This document shows positions 9,101 through 18,972 of a stretch of DNA of 46,461 nt, in pieces. Each line of letters begins with the position of its first letter. Within the stretch, counting starts at the first letter, position 1. The DNA lies in the NCBI GenBank assembly GCA_030535915.1, contig JAUNQZ010000003.1, positions 1 through 46,461 of the forward strand, in the 5' to 3' direction. The position numbers were made by a program, and so were the translations under genes. The notes below the pieces were generated by a model that was not told the DNA's origin, made no database searches, and saw nothing but the letters and a program-made list of their open reading frames with translations. The DNA comes from a bacterium (GTDB lineage: Bacteria; Verrucomicrobiota; Kiritimatiellia; RFP12; DVOR01).

Positions 9101-9907
9101 ATGGACGCCATCAAACAGATTACACTTACGCTTCTAACGACACTTCTTCCGTTTACTTTGACGGCTGCAGTAGAAGATTTTATGATTTCTCCACTTGAGT
9201 TGCCATCTGCAGAAATAGCGGGGGATCCCATGGGAGCTCTTCCTCGATTAGAACATGACAGTTATGATTGGTATAAACGCCACGCGCTTATTTGTCATAC
9301 CCTTTCCGAAAGTGAACCTGAAATTCTTCTTCTTGGAGATTCAATTACTCACTTTTGGGGCCCTCACAATGATGGTACACCTCAACGAGGTTTAAACGCA
9401 TGGGAAAAGACCTTTTCTAACTATAAGGTCCTCAATGCCGGGTTTGGCTGGGATCGTGTTCAAAATCTTCGATGGCGACTTGAGAATGGTGAAGCGCCAA
9501 AAAAAGACCCAAAACTCATCATTCTCCACATCGGCACAAACAATTCTTCGCAAACTAAAAATGCTCGCCAAAGTACGCCTGAAGAAACTGCAAAAGCTAT
9601 TTATATGCTCACGGAGGAGCTCCTCCAACGCTATCCGTCTACACGTATTCTCCTCTTTGAAATTTTCCCTCGAGATGCTAAAAATAGCCCTACTCGTCAG
9701 TGGATTGACGCTACCAATAAATACTTTGACAAACTCCCCTTAGATTCTCGCGTTACATTAATCTCCCTTTACCATGTCCTTACACAACCCGATGGAGAAC
9801 GTATCCCTTCGGCTTATGCCGATCGAGTCCATCTCTCTGATAAAGGATATGATATTTGGGCTCGTGCGATTCAGCGACACCTTCCACCAAAGAAGTCTAT
9901 AAAATGA
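9101..9907 (+). CDS. SGNH/GDSL esterase (PAF-acetylhydrolase-like), secreted
   Basis: Block I GDSIT, Block II GFGWD, Block III GTNN, Block V DRVH, plus a signal peptide. Confidence 0.88.
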   Translation: MDAIKQITLTLLTTLLPFTLTAAVEDFMISPLELPSAEIAGDPMGALPRLEHDSYDWYKRHALICHTLSESEPEILLLGDSITHFWGPHNDGTPQRGLNAWEKTFSNYKVLNAGFGWDRVQNLRWRLENGEAPKKDPKLIILHIGTNNSSQTKNARQSTPEETAKAIYMLTEELLQRYPSTRILLFEIFPRDAKNSPTRQWIDATNKYFDKLPLDSRVTLISLYHVLTQPDGERIPSAYADRVHLSDKGYDIWARAIQRHLPPKKSIK

Positions 9908-10365
9908 AGACCACCTCCCCTTGGCAACATTTTATCATGCGATTTTGGCATTGGTGGGATAAACGCAAAGGTCGCGTTGACGAAAAACTTGGGCCTTGGG
10001 GAGAGCGTTGGGCTACGCGTTTTCTCCGTCTTCATGGGTGTCGTATCCTTGCGATGAATGTACATCCTATTCGTCATGGTGAAGTTGATATCATTGCACG
10101 AAAAAGAGGAATGACCCTCTTTATTGAAGTTAAAACGCGTCGAAATGAAATCATTGGGCGTCCAATTGATGCTATCACGACACAAAAACGAGAACATCTC
10201 CGTCGTTGTGCAACTGCGTGGCTTGCACAACAACGGCTTCTTGGAACTTCTCATCTCTACCGGTTTGATGCTATTGAAGTTATTGGCACTCCAAAGAAAG
10301 GGATTCCAACTATCCGTTGGATTCCGTCAATTAACATGGAAATGACCCGCTTCCCTGATATTTAA
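9904..10365 (+). CDS. yraN: YraN family protein (UPF0102, PD-(D/E)xK fold)
   Basis: GPWGE, GEVDIIA, FIEVKTR and RFDAIEV motifs. Confidence 0.9.
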   Translation: MKTTSPWQHFIMRFWHWWDKRKGRVDEKLGPWGERWATRFLRLHGCRILAMNVHPIRHGEVDIIARKRGMTLFIEVKTRRNEIIGRPIDAITTQKREHLRRCATAWLAQQRLLGTSHLYRFDAIEVIGTPKKGIPTIRWIPSINMEMTRFPDI

Positions 10366-10463
10366 ACTTTAAATGAAATTCGTTCTTTCAAATTTAATTA
10401 TACAATATCTATTTTAATTCAAGCGATGCCGTTATTCCTTCAATTTTAATCACAACCATTTTA

Positions 10464-10472
10464 TGTTATAAT
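10464..10472 (+). promoter_or_regulatory. Extended -10 promoter (TGTTATAAT)
   Basis: Perfect TGnTATAAT 9 nt upstream of ATG 10482 in an AT-rich intergenic region. Confidence 0.6.
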
Positions 10473-10481
10473 ACACACGCT

Positions 10482-11444
10482 ATGGAAACGTTCAACACAT
10501 TACATCAATTATGTTCCCTTCACTCCACTCCGGGAGATGAAGAAGAAGTCTTTCAATTTCTTGAAAAAACATGGCAAGAACAAAATCTTGACATCATACA
10601 CTTAGGTAAATATGCCATTATTGCACAACCTGGAGAACGCCGAAAAACAGACACGATTCTTCTTGTAGCGCATGCTGACAGCCCAGGTTTTACAGTTTCA
10701 AGCATTCAATCAGCAACGGAACTTGAGGTCCTTGTTCTCGGAGGGATTCATCCCGAAGAGACTGACCTTCAACTCAAACTTCCAAATGGAGAACGTATTC
10801 TAGCACACCTTCATGCTCCCGATGAAAATTGGACTCGTTCGATGCCACTCAAAGTAACACTTTCAAAGTCTTGCACAACAGTACAAAAAGGCGACCGCCT
10901 TTGTTGGGCTCCTCGTTGGGAAAAAGATGAAATTGGAAATATTCATTCACCTTTTCTTGACAATCGCATTGCTTGTGCCCTCATTGCTGACTGGTATCGC
11001 TTTTATAGTCATTTACTTCCGTCCTATAATGTCGTACTTGCGGCAACTGCGATGGAAGAAATTAATGGATTTGGCGCAAATGTTCTCGCGCGTCATGTTC
11101 AAGCCGACCTTGCGATTGCTCTTGATGTCACTTATGAGAATGAAAAGCAAGAGGTTCGTATGGGACAAGGTCCTGTAATTACACTCTCCGATGCCTCCGT
11201 TATTCTTTCTCCATTAGAACGCGACAAACTCCTCGCCTCTCATATCCCTCTTCAAACTGAAGTCTATAACACTTCTGGAACAGATGCTCGAGCCTTCCCT
11301 GTACTCGGCAATACGCTTCCTGTTATAGCACTTCTCCTTGCAACACGCGGGAATCACTCTCCTCTTGAATCCATTAGTACGAATGATCTTATACATTGGC
11401 CCACCGCCATTGCGACCCTCGCAGAATGTCTACTCAAGCGTTAA
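10482..11444 (+). CDS. M42/M20-clan metallopeptidase (aminopeptidase-like)
   Basis: Metal ligand pattern AHADS, LDNR, MEEING, ALDVT, NHSPLE. Confidence 0.85.
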   Translation: METFNTLHQLCSLHSTPGDEEEVFQFLEKTWQEQNLDIIHLGKYAIIAQPGERRKTDTILLVAHADSPGFTVSSIQSATELEVLVLGGIHPEETDLQLKLPNGERILAHLHAPDENWTRSMPLKVTLSKSCTTVQKGDRLCWAPRWEKDEIGNIHSPFLDNRIACALIADWYRFYSHLLPSYNVVLAATAMEEINGFGANVLARHVQADLAIALDVTYENEKQEVRMGQGPVITLSDASVILSPLERDKLLASHIPLQTEVYNTSGTDARAFPVLGNTLPVIALLLATRGNHSPLESISTNDLIHWPTAIATLAECLLKR

Positions 11445-11460
11445 TTCAAAAATCAATAAA

Positions 11461-11504
11461 ATTAAATAAAAAAGTTCTCGCTATCGAGAACTTTTTTATT
11501 TAAT
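11461..11504. terminator. Bidirectional intrinsic terminator
   Basis: Perfect 20-bp inverted repeat ATTAAATAAAAAAGTTCTCG-ctat-CGAGAACTTTTTTATTTAAT between convergent genes. Confidence 0.9.
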
Positions 11505-11508
11505 CATT

Positions 11509-12267
11509 TTATTTATGTGGATTTTCCTTCCCCTCTGGCGAGGTATGATTTCCTGCCCAAGAGGCTTGACGAGCAACACCCATCATAATGCGTGCATCAG
11601 GATCACTCTTAATCCCTCGAGAGAAGACACGTTGAAATCCTTGCATCATGTGATCAGCCTTTTGTTCATCCATAAAACCAATGTCTAGCATAGCCTGACG
11701 CCAACGCGTCATAAATGCATCCTTCGTCGCTTGACTTGCAAGTGAAACGGCTTCTTCAACAGGACTTACATAAGTTCCCGTTGCAGTATAAAGTTCATAC
11801 GCAACAATGAGAAGCGCTTGAGAGAGATTAAGGCTCTGGTAATTCTCATCTACAGGAATACGAATCAAATGCGTACATTGTGCAACTTCATCGTTGTGTA
11901 AACCTTGATCTTCTCGTCCAAAAACAATCGCGACTGGAGCATGCGCAGCAATACGAAGAATTTCTGGAGCGAGGATTCGAGGTGTTTGAACGGTTGCACG
12001 ATAGAGACCGCCGCGTGCCGTTGTGCCAATGACCGCAGCACAATCTGCAATCGCCTCCTGAAATGTCGCAACTTCTTTACGCGCATCCATAATATCCGTG
12101 GCGTGTACGGCCATCTTCCGACCATCACTCCAATCATCATGGATACGAGAGGCTGCGAGCGTTAAATGACGAAGCCCCATATTGGCCATGGCGCGACAAA
12201 TGCTACCCACATTTCCAGAATAGAGTGTACCAACAAGAACAATGCGAATATTATCTAAGGGATTCAT
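11509..12267 (-). CDS. trmJ: SPOUT RNA methyltransferase, TrmJ/LasT family
   Basis: GNVGSICRAMANMG, VFGREDQGL and SLNLSQA motifs. Start overlaps the hisA stop (TGATG). Confidence 0.85.
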   Translation of the reverse strand: MNPLDNIRIVLVGTLYSGNVGSICRAMANMGLRHLTLAASRIHDDWSDGRKMAVHATDIMDARKEVATFQEAIADCAAVIGTTARGGLYRATVQTPRILAPEILRIAAHAPVAIVFGREDQGLHNDEVAQCTHLIRIPVDENYQSLNLSQALLIVAYELYTATGTYVSPVEEAVSLASQATKDAFMTRWRQAMLDIGFMDEQKADHMMQGFQRVFSRGIKSDPDARIMMGVARQASWAGNHTSPEGKENPHK

Positions 12268-13007
12268 CACAAAGACTCCTCTTTATTTGTCGCGGCAATC
12301 ATTTCAGGGAGGGAGGTGATGCCTTCGTAAAGTGCTTTACCAACAATTGCTCCTGCGATGTTGGGTCGTTGGAGGGCTACGAGGGCTTTCACATGTTCGG
12401 GTAATGAAACGCCTCCCGAAGCGATAATATTGACCTGCGGAACGGCATCGGCCATTTCTGCCATCGCGGAAAGATTTGTGCCCGCAAGCATACCGTCTGT
12501 TGCTGTGTCGGTGTAGATTATCGTTTGTACGCCACAATCGGCCACGCGTTTAGCAAGGTCTGTCGCACGTACGGTTGAGGTTTCCACCCAACCGCGGGTT
12601 TGTACAAAGCCTCCTCGTGCATCAATGCCAACGGCAATACGCGAGCCATATTGTTCCACCCAACGTTTGAGGATGGTGGTATCTTCGAGTGCACGCGTAC
12701 CGATAATGGCTCGTGTCACTCCAGCCTCCATCAATGGAAGCAATGCTTCATCTGAACGCAACCCACCACCGACCTCAACCTTTAATCCGCAGTGCTGAAT
12801 AATTTGTGCAATGACATCTGCATGTTTTGGCTGTCCATGAAATGCACCATCTAAGTCAACAACATGAAGCCATTCTGCGCCAGCGTCTCGGAAGGTCTGT
12901 GCTTGTGCCACAGGATTGTCAGAATAAATTGTCTTTTGATTAGCATCGCCTTGTTTAAGACGAACACAACAGTGATCCATTAAATCAATTGCAGGAAGAA
13001 TATACAT
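12267..13007 (-). CDS. hisA: ProFAR isomerase
   Basis: ILPAIDL, VRLKQGD, LHVVDLDGA, VGGGLR, IASGGV and IVGKALY motifs. Confidence 0.96.
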   Translation of the reverse strand: MYILPAIDLMDHCCVRLKQGDANQKTIYSDNPVAQAQTFRDAGAEWLHVVDLDGAFHGQPKHADVIAQIIQHCGLKVEVGGGLRSDEALLPLMEAGVTRAIIGTRALEDTTILKRWVEQYGSRIAVGIDARGGFVQTRGWVETSTVRATDLAKRVADCGVQTIIYTDTATDGMLAGTNLSAMAEMADAVPQVNIIASGGVSLPEHVKALVALQRPNIAGAIVGKALYEGITSLPEMIAATNKEESL

Positions 13008-13046
13008 GGGGAAGAATGAATTATGAATGACGAATATGACAGTGGA

Positions 13047-13637
13047 TTATAAATCAAGTTTGCCTTTGCTAGAGGGGATGCCTGTTTCGCGGGGGTCGTC
13101 TTCGAGTGCCATGCGGAGGGCGCGTGCGAGACCTTTAAAGACCGCTTCGTAAGCGTGGTGGACTTCGGCGCCGTAGGGTTGAATGACATGCAGATTCATC
13201 TTGGCATGGGTAACGAACGCACGCATGAATTCTTCAAGTAATTGAACATTGAAATCGCGAATGTGCTGCTCGGGGTGGGAAATTTTCCAGACGAGATAAG
13301 CTCGACCACCAAGATCTACAAGTACATCTGCACGAGCCTCATCCATCGGGAGCATCATTGAGCCATAACGACGGATTCCACGGCGCTCACCTAATGCTTG
13401 ATCAAAAGCTTGGCCAAGAACGAGGCCGATATCTTCCACCGTGTGGTGATAGTCCACATGTAGATCGCCCACGCAGGTAAGGTCTAAGTCGATTAATGCG
13501 TGGCGCGAGAAGAGTTCAAGCATGTGGTCAAAGAAACCAATGCCCGTTGCAATGTTATGTTTTCCCGTACCATCGAGATTGAGCGTGAGCGTGATATCGG
13601 TTTCACGCGTCTTTCGAGTTAATGTTGCTGTACGCAT
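13047..13637 (-). CDS. hisB: Imidazoleglycerol-phosphate dehydratase
   Basis: RKTRETDI, GFFDHML, DYHHTVED, HHAYEAVFK and PSSKG motifs. Confidence 0.97.
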   Translation of the reverse strand: MRTATLTRKTRETDITLTLNLDGTGKHNIATGIGFFDHMLELFSRHALIDLDLTCVGDLHVDYHHTVEDIGLVLGQAFDQALGERRGIRRYGSMMLPMDEARADVLVDLGGRAYLVWKISHPEQHIRDFNVQLLEEFMRAFVTHAKMNLHVIQPYGAEVHHAYEAVFKGLARALRMALEDDPRETGIPSSKGKLDL

Positions 13638-13646
13638 AGGGAGTCC

Positions 13647-14681
13647 TTATAAGTGTTGAAGCAATTGATCCATTTGTTCGTCTGTACCAATGGTAATACG
13701 TAACCATTGCCCCGTTGTTGGGCCTGGGAAATAACGCACATAGAGATGTTTTTCACGTAAGGCGGCAAACATCTCCGCAGCTTCCATTGGCGCTGGTGGC
13801 TTAGCAAAGAGGAAATTCGTTGCGGAAGGAAGGATTGTCCATCCACGCGTTTCAAGCATATGGGTGACACGCTCACGAGTAGCTTGGATTTTCTTTACAT
13901 TCGCTTGCATGTAGGAGAGATCTTCCAAAGCAGCCGTACCGATACATTGCGCAAGGGCGTCCATATTGTAGGAGTCCTTAATTTTGTACAATGCATCAAT
14001 CAATGGCTTCGGACCTACACAATAGCCAAAGCGAACACCCGCAAGCGAAAAGCTCTTAGAGAGGGTTCGCATAACCAACATATTGGTATTTTCAGGCGAA
14101 ACGGCATACGCCATACAATTGGCTGGCGCAAAATCTGCATAAGCTTCATCGACAAGTACAACGCCTTGGAAGGTCTTTGCAAATGTTGCGATTACCTCGG
14201 GGTCTACCATCCGCGAGGTTGGTGCATTGGGATTGGTCCACACAAAGAGATCTGCAAAATCCGCGGGTGGCGTTGGGCAAGTAAAATCATCATTTAATGG
14301 TAATGTCTTCACTTGTGCGTCACGAATCGCAGCAAGCACACTGTACAATGAATAGGTCGGATGGAAAAATCCAATGGTTCCATTCACTTCAACAAATGCA
14401 CGGGTAAAGAGCGCAAGTATTTCATCCGATCCATTTCCAACAAAAACATTGTCCACCGAGCAACCATTATTCTTTGCAATGACTTCGCGGGCACGCATAA
14501 AATTGGGATCGGGATAAAGGCGTAGGGTTCGCCAATCAAACGCAGCCAATGCCTCCCCTACCCTTGGTGTGGGTGGATAAGGGTTTTCATTCGTATTGAG
14601 TTTAACCATTCCCTCAAAGTGAGGTTGCTCTCCAGGCGTATAGCCATCCAAGGCCTCAACATGTTTACAAATATAGCTCAT
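13647..14681 (-). CDS. hisC: Histidinol-phosphate aminotransferase
   Basis: YTPGEQP, KLNTNENPY, NGSDE, DEAY, PLP-lysine motif RTLSKSFSLAGVRFG. Confidence 0.96.
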   Translation of the reverse strand: MSYICKHVEALDGYTPGEQPHFEGMVKLNTNENPYPPTPRVGEALAAFDWRTLRLYPDPNFMRAREVIAKNNGCSVDNVFVGNGSDEILALFTRAFVEVNGTIGFFHPTYSLYSVLAAIRDAQVKTLPLNDDFTCPTPPADFADLFVWTNPNAPTSRMVDPEVIATFAKTFQGVVLVDEAYADFAPANCMAYAVSPENTNMLVMRTLSKSFSLAGVRFGYCVGPKPLIDALYKIKDSYNMDALAQCIGTAALEDLSYMQANVKKIQATRERVTHMLETRGWTILPSATNFLFAKPPAPMEAAEMFAALREKHLYVRYFPGPTTGQWLRITIGTDEQMDQLLQHL

Positions 14682-14690
14682 AATGCCTCG

Positions 14691-15947
14691 TTATGCTTTT
14701 TTACGAGAAGTTTTTACAACTGTTTTTTTCTTGGTCATTGTTTTCGTTGCTTTTGTTTTTGCAACAGGCGCTTTTGCTCTTGGAACAACGGGTTTCACTT
14801 GAAACCCAAGCGCTGCTAACTTTTGCAACAATTCCTGCGACGCATTTTTAATCGCAACCGTTGTTGCATCAAAGTGCCGACGGAAGGGATAATTCTTACG
14901 CAACGCATCAAAGTTCGCTTTGCGTTTCTCAACATTCCCATCAAACGCTTGACGGAAACGTTGCGTATCCCCCTCGATATCACAGGTTTTTTTCACAATC
15001 GCACGCAAACACGCATCATCGTGAGGAAACTTCGCGGCATCAAGGGTTACCTTTGCAACCAAGGCTGGAGGAAAGGGTGGATCTTCTCCAGGATCAACAT
15101 TAAGAAATTCACACGCACGCTTATAGACCATCAAAGTACCATTGGCCTTGCCTTCGTAAGCGTGTCCTGCGATATGTGGCGTTGCAAGGCAAGCAAGCGC
15201 TGCTAAATCAGGAGAATAATCAGGTTCACCCTCCCAACAATCAATCGCCACATCAGAAAGAAGACCTGCTCCCAACATCGTTGCGAGTAATGCATTATCA
15301 CAAATGGGTCCCCGTGCAAAATTAATCAACACAGCTCCAGGCTTAACCTTACGCACGAGCGGTCCTGAGAAAAGCCCTCGCGTCTTATGGGGCCCCTCAT
15401 TTGTTAAGGGCGTATGAAAGGTAATCACATCCGCTTGAGGGAGAAGTTCTTCCAATGAAATAAACGATTGTGCTTCACGGTCAAATTCATTCTCTTTCCG
15501 CGGCGGATCACAGCAAATGACCTTCATCCCAAGCGCTTCACGAGCGAAGCGGCAAACGATTTTACCAACATTACCAACGCCAACAACACCAAGCGTTGCA
15601 CCTTCCCAAGTGCGACCTTGCCGTTCACCAATCATCAACATAGCAGCGATGAAATAATTCGCCACGCTCTCTGCATTACAGCCAGGCGCATTGGTAAAAG
15701 GAATCCCCATTTGTTGCATCGCGGGGATATCAATATGGTCGGTTCCTACGACACCCGAACCAACAAAACGAACCTTTGAACCTTGCAAGAGATCAGCATT
15801 CACCTTACAGGTTGACCGCACAAACAAGAGATCCGCTCGCTTCACCTCTTTCGCCGTTAAGGTTCGACCATCAATGGCTTTTGCCTTTCCCAAACGAGGA
15901 AAAAGCGCATCGCCCAATTCCATATTACGATCGTAGAGAATATTCAT
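14691..15947 (-). CDS. pdxB: Erythronate-4-phosphate dehydrogenase
   Basis: VRS, GTDHID, NAPGCNAESV, GVGNVG, HTPLT, WEGEP, TPHIAG and FDALRKNYPFRR motifs. Confidence 0.92.
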   Translation of the reverse strand: MNILYDRNMELGDALFPRLGKAKAIDGRTLTAKEVKRADLLFVRSTCKVNADLLQGSKVRFVGSGVVGTDHIDIPAMQQMGIPFTNAPGCNAESVANYFIAAMLMIGERQGRTWEGATLGVVGVGNVGKIVCRFAREALGMKVICCDPPRKENEFDREAQSFISLEELLPQADVITFHTPLTNEGPHKTRGLFSGPLVRKVKPGAVLINFARGPICDNALLATMLGAGLLSDVAIDCWEGEPDYSPDLAALACLATPHIAGHAYEGKANGTLMVYKRACEFLNVDPGEDPPFPPALVAKVTLDAAKFPHDDACLRAIVKKTCDIEGDTQRFRQAFDGNVEKRKANFDALRKNYPFRRHFDATTVAIKNASQELLQKLAALGFQVKPVVPRAKAPVAKTKATKTMTKKKTVVKTSRKKA

Positions 15948-16858
15948 TATTTATCCAAAAGCGATTGGAGTTGTTCAACAGTAATCGTAAAACCTTTACC
16001 ACACATATGGCAATAAATATCAGATGAACGACCTTGTTCAATCATCGCCTCAATATCTTCACGCGGCAACGTCTTCAACATTGCAATTACGCGATCGGAC
16101 GAACAATGACATGCGAACTTCACTGGCATTTCTTCTGGTGCTGCCGTTGGCGTATCGAGATTAAAGAATTCAACGAGTTCTTGGATAGTCATTCCTCGAT
16201 CAAGTGCGTCTTGAACTTCACCCGAAGCAAAGCGTTGTTCAATGCGTTGATAAGTTTCCGTGGAAGCTTCCGGTAAGAAGTCGCACAAAAGCGCATGCGA
16301 ACACGCGACATAATTTTGTTTACTCGCAGCGGACAATTGCACCAATGCACGCCGTTGGAGGGACGAACAAAAGTATTCTTCAATGATATCCGTTACCGTG
16401 AGACGATCTTTGAAATTTAAATCAAAGACCGCATCCGTCTTCCCTCCATGTGCATCCGAACGGATCACACCGCAATGTGCGCTTCGACCCATTGCACGAT
16501 CAAAGAGTTCTTCCGTTGGTGCATCGGAATCATCCAAATCGGGCAAGACTTTACGACGCATATAACCACGAATCGTATGTCCATAAGAGCACTCGAGTAA
16601 GCCCCCGCCAATTTGACCATTCGGCAAATCCACACGTAATGAAATGCGTTGACCAGGAGCATCGAGAAGCGTTCCCAATAATGCCATCCCTCCAACGAAT
16701 TCTGCTTGCACAATCCCTGCGATAGGACCACAAAGATGATTACGCTCAAGCGTTTTCGAAGTATCGGTCACATTAGCGAGCACCAGCTTCACATGCGACT
16801 GAGGGCAATAGACCGAAAGCATTTTATCTAACGATTGTAACATCATTGTAAGGGTCAT
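15947..16858 (-). CDS. hslO: Hsp33 redox-regulated chaperone
   Basis: C-terminal zinc motif CHCS…CHMC, plus IRGY in the N-terminal domain. Confidence 0.88.
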   Translation of the reverse strand: MTLTMMLQSLDKMLSVYCPQSHVKLVLANVTDTSKTLERNHLCGPIAGIVQAEFVGGMALLGTLLDAPGQRISLRVDLPNGQIGGGLLECSYGHTIRGYMRRKVLPDLDDSDAPTEELFDRAMGRSAHCGVIRSDAHGGKTDAVFDLNFKDRLTVTDIIEEYFCSSLQRRALVQLSAASKQNYVACSHALLCDFLPEASTETYQRIEQRFASGEVQDALDRGMTIQELVEFFNLDTPTAAPEEMPVKFACHCSSDRVIAMLKTLPREDIEAMIEQGRSSDIYCHMCGKGFTITVEQLQSLLDK

Positions 16859-16861
16859 CCT

Positions 16862-17917
16862 TTAGCGATAGATTTCTTCTTGCCATTCGTAATTTTCAGA
16901 ATAGGGCATTCCCATTAAAGTTTCAACCATAAAGCGCAATGTGCGAGCGCCCGAGAAGAGTTGATCATACTTCTTCCGACCTGCGGCTGCAACTCGCTGG
17001 CGGTCTTCATCATGCGCATTAAACCATTCAAGGCGTTCAACGAGATCCTCTACATCATGATAAAAAACGACTTCATCATCCGTAAAGAAGCGCTGCATTT
17101 GGTCGCCATCATAAACCGCCGTAAGGATACCCGAAGCCATTAAATGCGCAATACGATCCGAAGAATACCACTTCATTCCAAAGAAACGATTAATATTCAT
17201 CGCCATCTTTGCACTTGCAAGTAACTGATCATAATCAGCGCCACCGACAACCGCAGGGCGACCATACATACCAACAATATCAAAACGAATCTTTGAATCT
17301 TTCAAGGCTTCACGAAGTCGTTCAATAAACGCCAAGCGAGGATCCCCCTCACGCGGTTGACCGGCATAGAAGAGATCGCAAGCGAAATCACTTGCGGGGC
17401 GTTGACTATTATCCAATGTTTCCAACGCTGTATCCGACGGATTCGGCATATACGCAACAACATTCTTTCCTGTTACAAAGGGTGTGAGATATTCTGCACC
17501 CGCTGTTGTTGCAAAGAGAGCATCGCAGCTATACATACGATCGCGCATTTGTTGTTGTGTATGTGGTTGACACATTGGATCCACATTAAAGTGACCAATG
17601 CGTACATTAGGAACGACTTTACGAATCTTGTCCAAAGCATCATTCGTAATAAAGTCACAATGCCCCAATAAGACCACATCTGGTTGGAAATTCTTTGCCG
17701 TTTTAACGAGTGCTTTATTCACCAAGTGACGACCGAGCGCATTGATACCAAATCCCATATAACGGGCAAGGTCACGATCAGAGAATTCGCACAAACGATA
17801 ATTATTTCGAACAGCTCCACAGGCCAACGCACGCCCAGGACCCATTCGCAACTTGCCGTGGCGACGAATCAAGAGATTATCAACGAGAAGAATACGCATC
17901 TGTTTGTCCTTTCTCAT
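16862..17917 (-). CDS. Glycosyltransferase, CgeB/Glyco_trans_1_2-like
   Basis: GT-B C-terminal pattern (SKMAMNI, YSSDRIAHLMASG, RQRVAAAGR). Alternative start MRILLVD at 17899. Confidence 0.8.
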   Translation of the reverse strand: MRKDKQMRILLVDNLLIRRHGKLRMGPGRALACGAVRNNYRLCEFSDRDLARYMGFGINALGRHLVNKALVKTAKNFQPDVVLLGHCDFITNDALDKIRKVVPNVRIGHFNVDPMCQPHTQQQMRDRMYSCDALFATTAGAEYLTPFVTGKNVVAYMPNPSDTALETLDNSQRPASDFACDLFYAGQPREGDPRLAFIERLREALKDSKIRFDIVGMYGRPAVVGGADYDQLLASAKMAMNINRFFGMKWYSSDRIAHLMASGILTAVYDGDQMQRFFTDDEVVFYHDVEDLVERLEWFNAHDEDRQRVAAAGRKKYDQLFSGARTLRFMVETLMGMPYSENYEWQEEIYR

Positions 17918-18954
17918 CCAACTTCACCCTGAGCCTTCTTTGACTCAGGTAAATGTGTAGGGGAAACGAATAAATTATCAATCAATGTCTGACCACGCTT
18001 CGTGAGGCCTTTCGAATTCGCGAAGGGTCGACCTTTGGCAACTTCCTTGGCATTATAAAAAAGCACTCTGTTCGGCGGCGATTCAGGTTCAGGCTGTGGC
18101 ACTGCATGAAGCGAGGTCGGAATGCCTTCCGAAGAGAAGGTGATAATGTAACGCTCACCTTCGGGCACAGCTTCCTTCAACGAGGGATAACGTTTCGTGA
18201 AATACTGTGGCATCGGCTTATTCGTAAGATACGAAAACGCAATGGGACGTTGACGAATATAACGAGCGATATCAAAGTAACCCTTTTGTGCTTGCTCTGC
18301 GAAGGCATCGCAAGGATCAATGCCATAGAGGTTCGCACCATTCCAAACGCCATGGTCATCATCAATGAGCGGATAAAAATCATTCATGATAATGCCAATC
18401 TCAAAATGCAAATGTGAGCGTGCGATAGGAATGTCAGGAATGTTTCCCATCGTACCTAAAGGCGTGCCCGCCGCAATCTCCATGCCGAGTCGTAAGCGCT
18501 TATCTAAAGCTCTTAAGTGTCCATATAGGGTATAGATTTGACCGAAGCCTGGCACCTCATGAGCAAGCACGACATAGTTCCCATAAAGCGATTTGTTTTT
18601 ATGGTAAACATTCATATACATCACACGACCTGCTGCAGCTGCACAAACGACATCCGCTGGCAAGCGTTTGCGATTCCACGGCGGGAAAGGTGCGATATCA
18701 ATCCCCTCATGAAAACGCGGAGCGCCATTCGCATACTTTCGTGTATTGCCAAACATACCACTTTCAGGGCGACCCGTACCGGTATCCATAAAGACGCTCT
18801 TGTCTGAGCCATCCAAAACTGTAAACCTCGTCGGTGGCTGGAGGACAATCGCACCTACTGGGCAACGCGGTTGTGCTGCCCATGCAAGCGGTGTTGCAAC
18901 ACTTGTTACAGCTGCAATTCCAAGTCCTAAAAAGTTTCGACGCGAAAGATTCAT
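17914..18954 (-). CDS. M23 family metallopeptidase with Tat signal peptide
   Basis: Twin-arginine SRRNFL, HEGID (HxxxD), YGHL, HLHFEI (HxH). Confidence 0.9.
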   Translation of the reverse strand: MNLSRRNFLGLGIAAVTSVATPLAWAAQPRCPVGAIVLQPPTRFTVLDGSDKSVFMDTGTGRPESGMFGNTRKYANGAPRFHEGIDIAPFPPWNRKRLPADVVCAAAAGRVMYMNVYHKNKSLYGNYVVLAHEVPGFGQIYTLYGHLRALDKRLRLGMEIAAGTPLGTMGNIPDIPIARSHLHFEIGIIMNDFYPLIDDDHGVWNGANLYGIDPCDAFAEQAQKGYFDIARYIRQRPIAFSYLTNKPMPQYFTKRYPSLKEAVPEGERYIITFSSEGIPTSLHAVPQPEPESPPNRVLFYNAKEVAKGRPFANSKGLTKRGQTLIDNLFVSPTHLPESKKAQGEVG

Positions 18955-18972
18955 TCCATTCCTATCGGTTGA

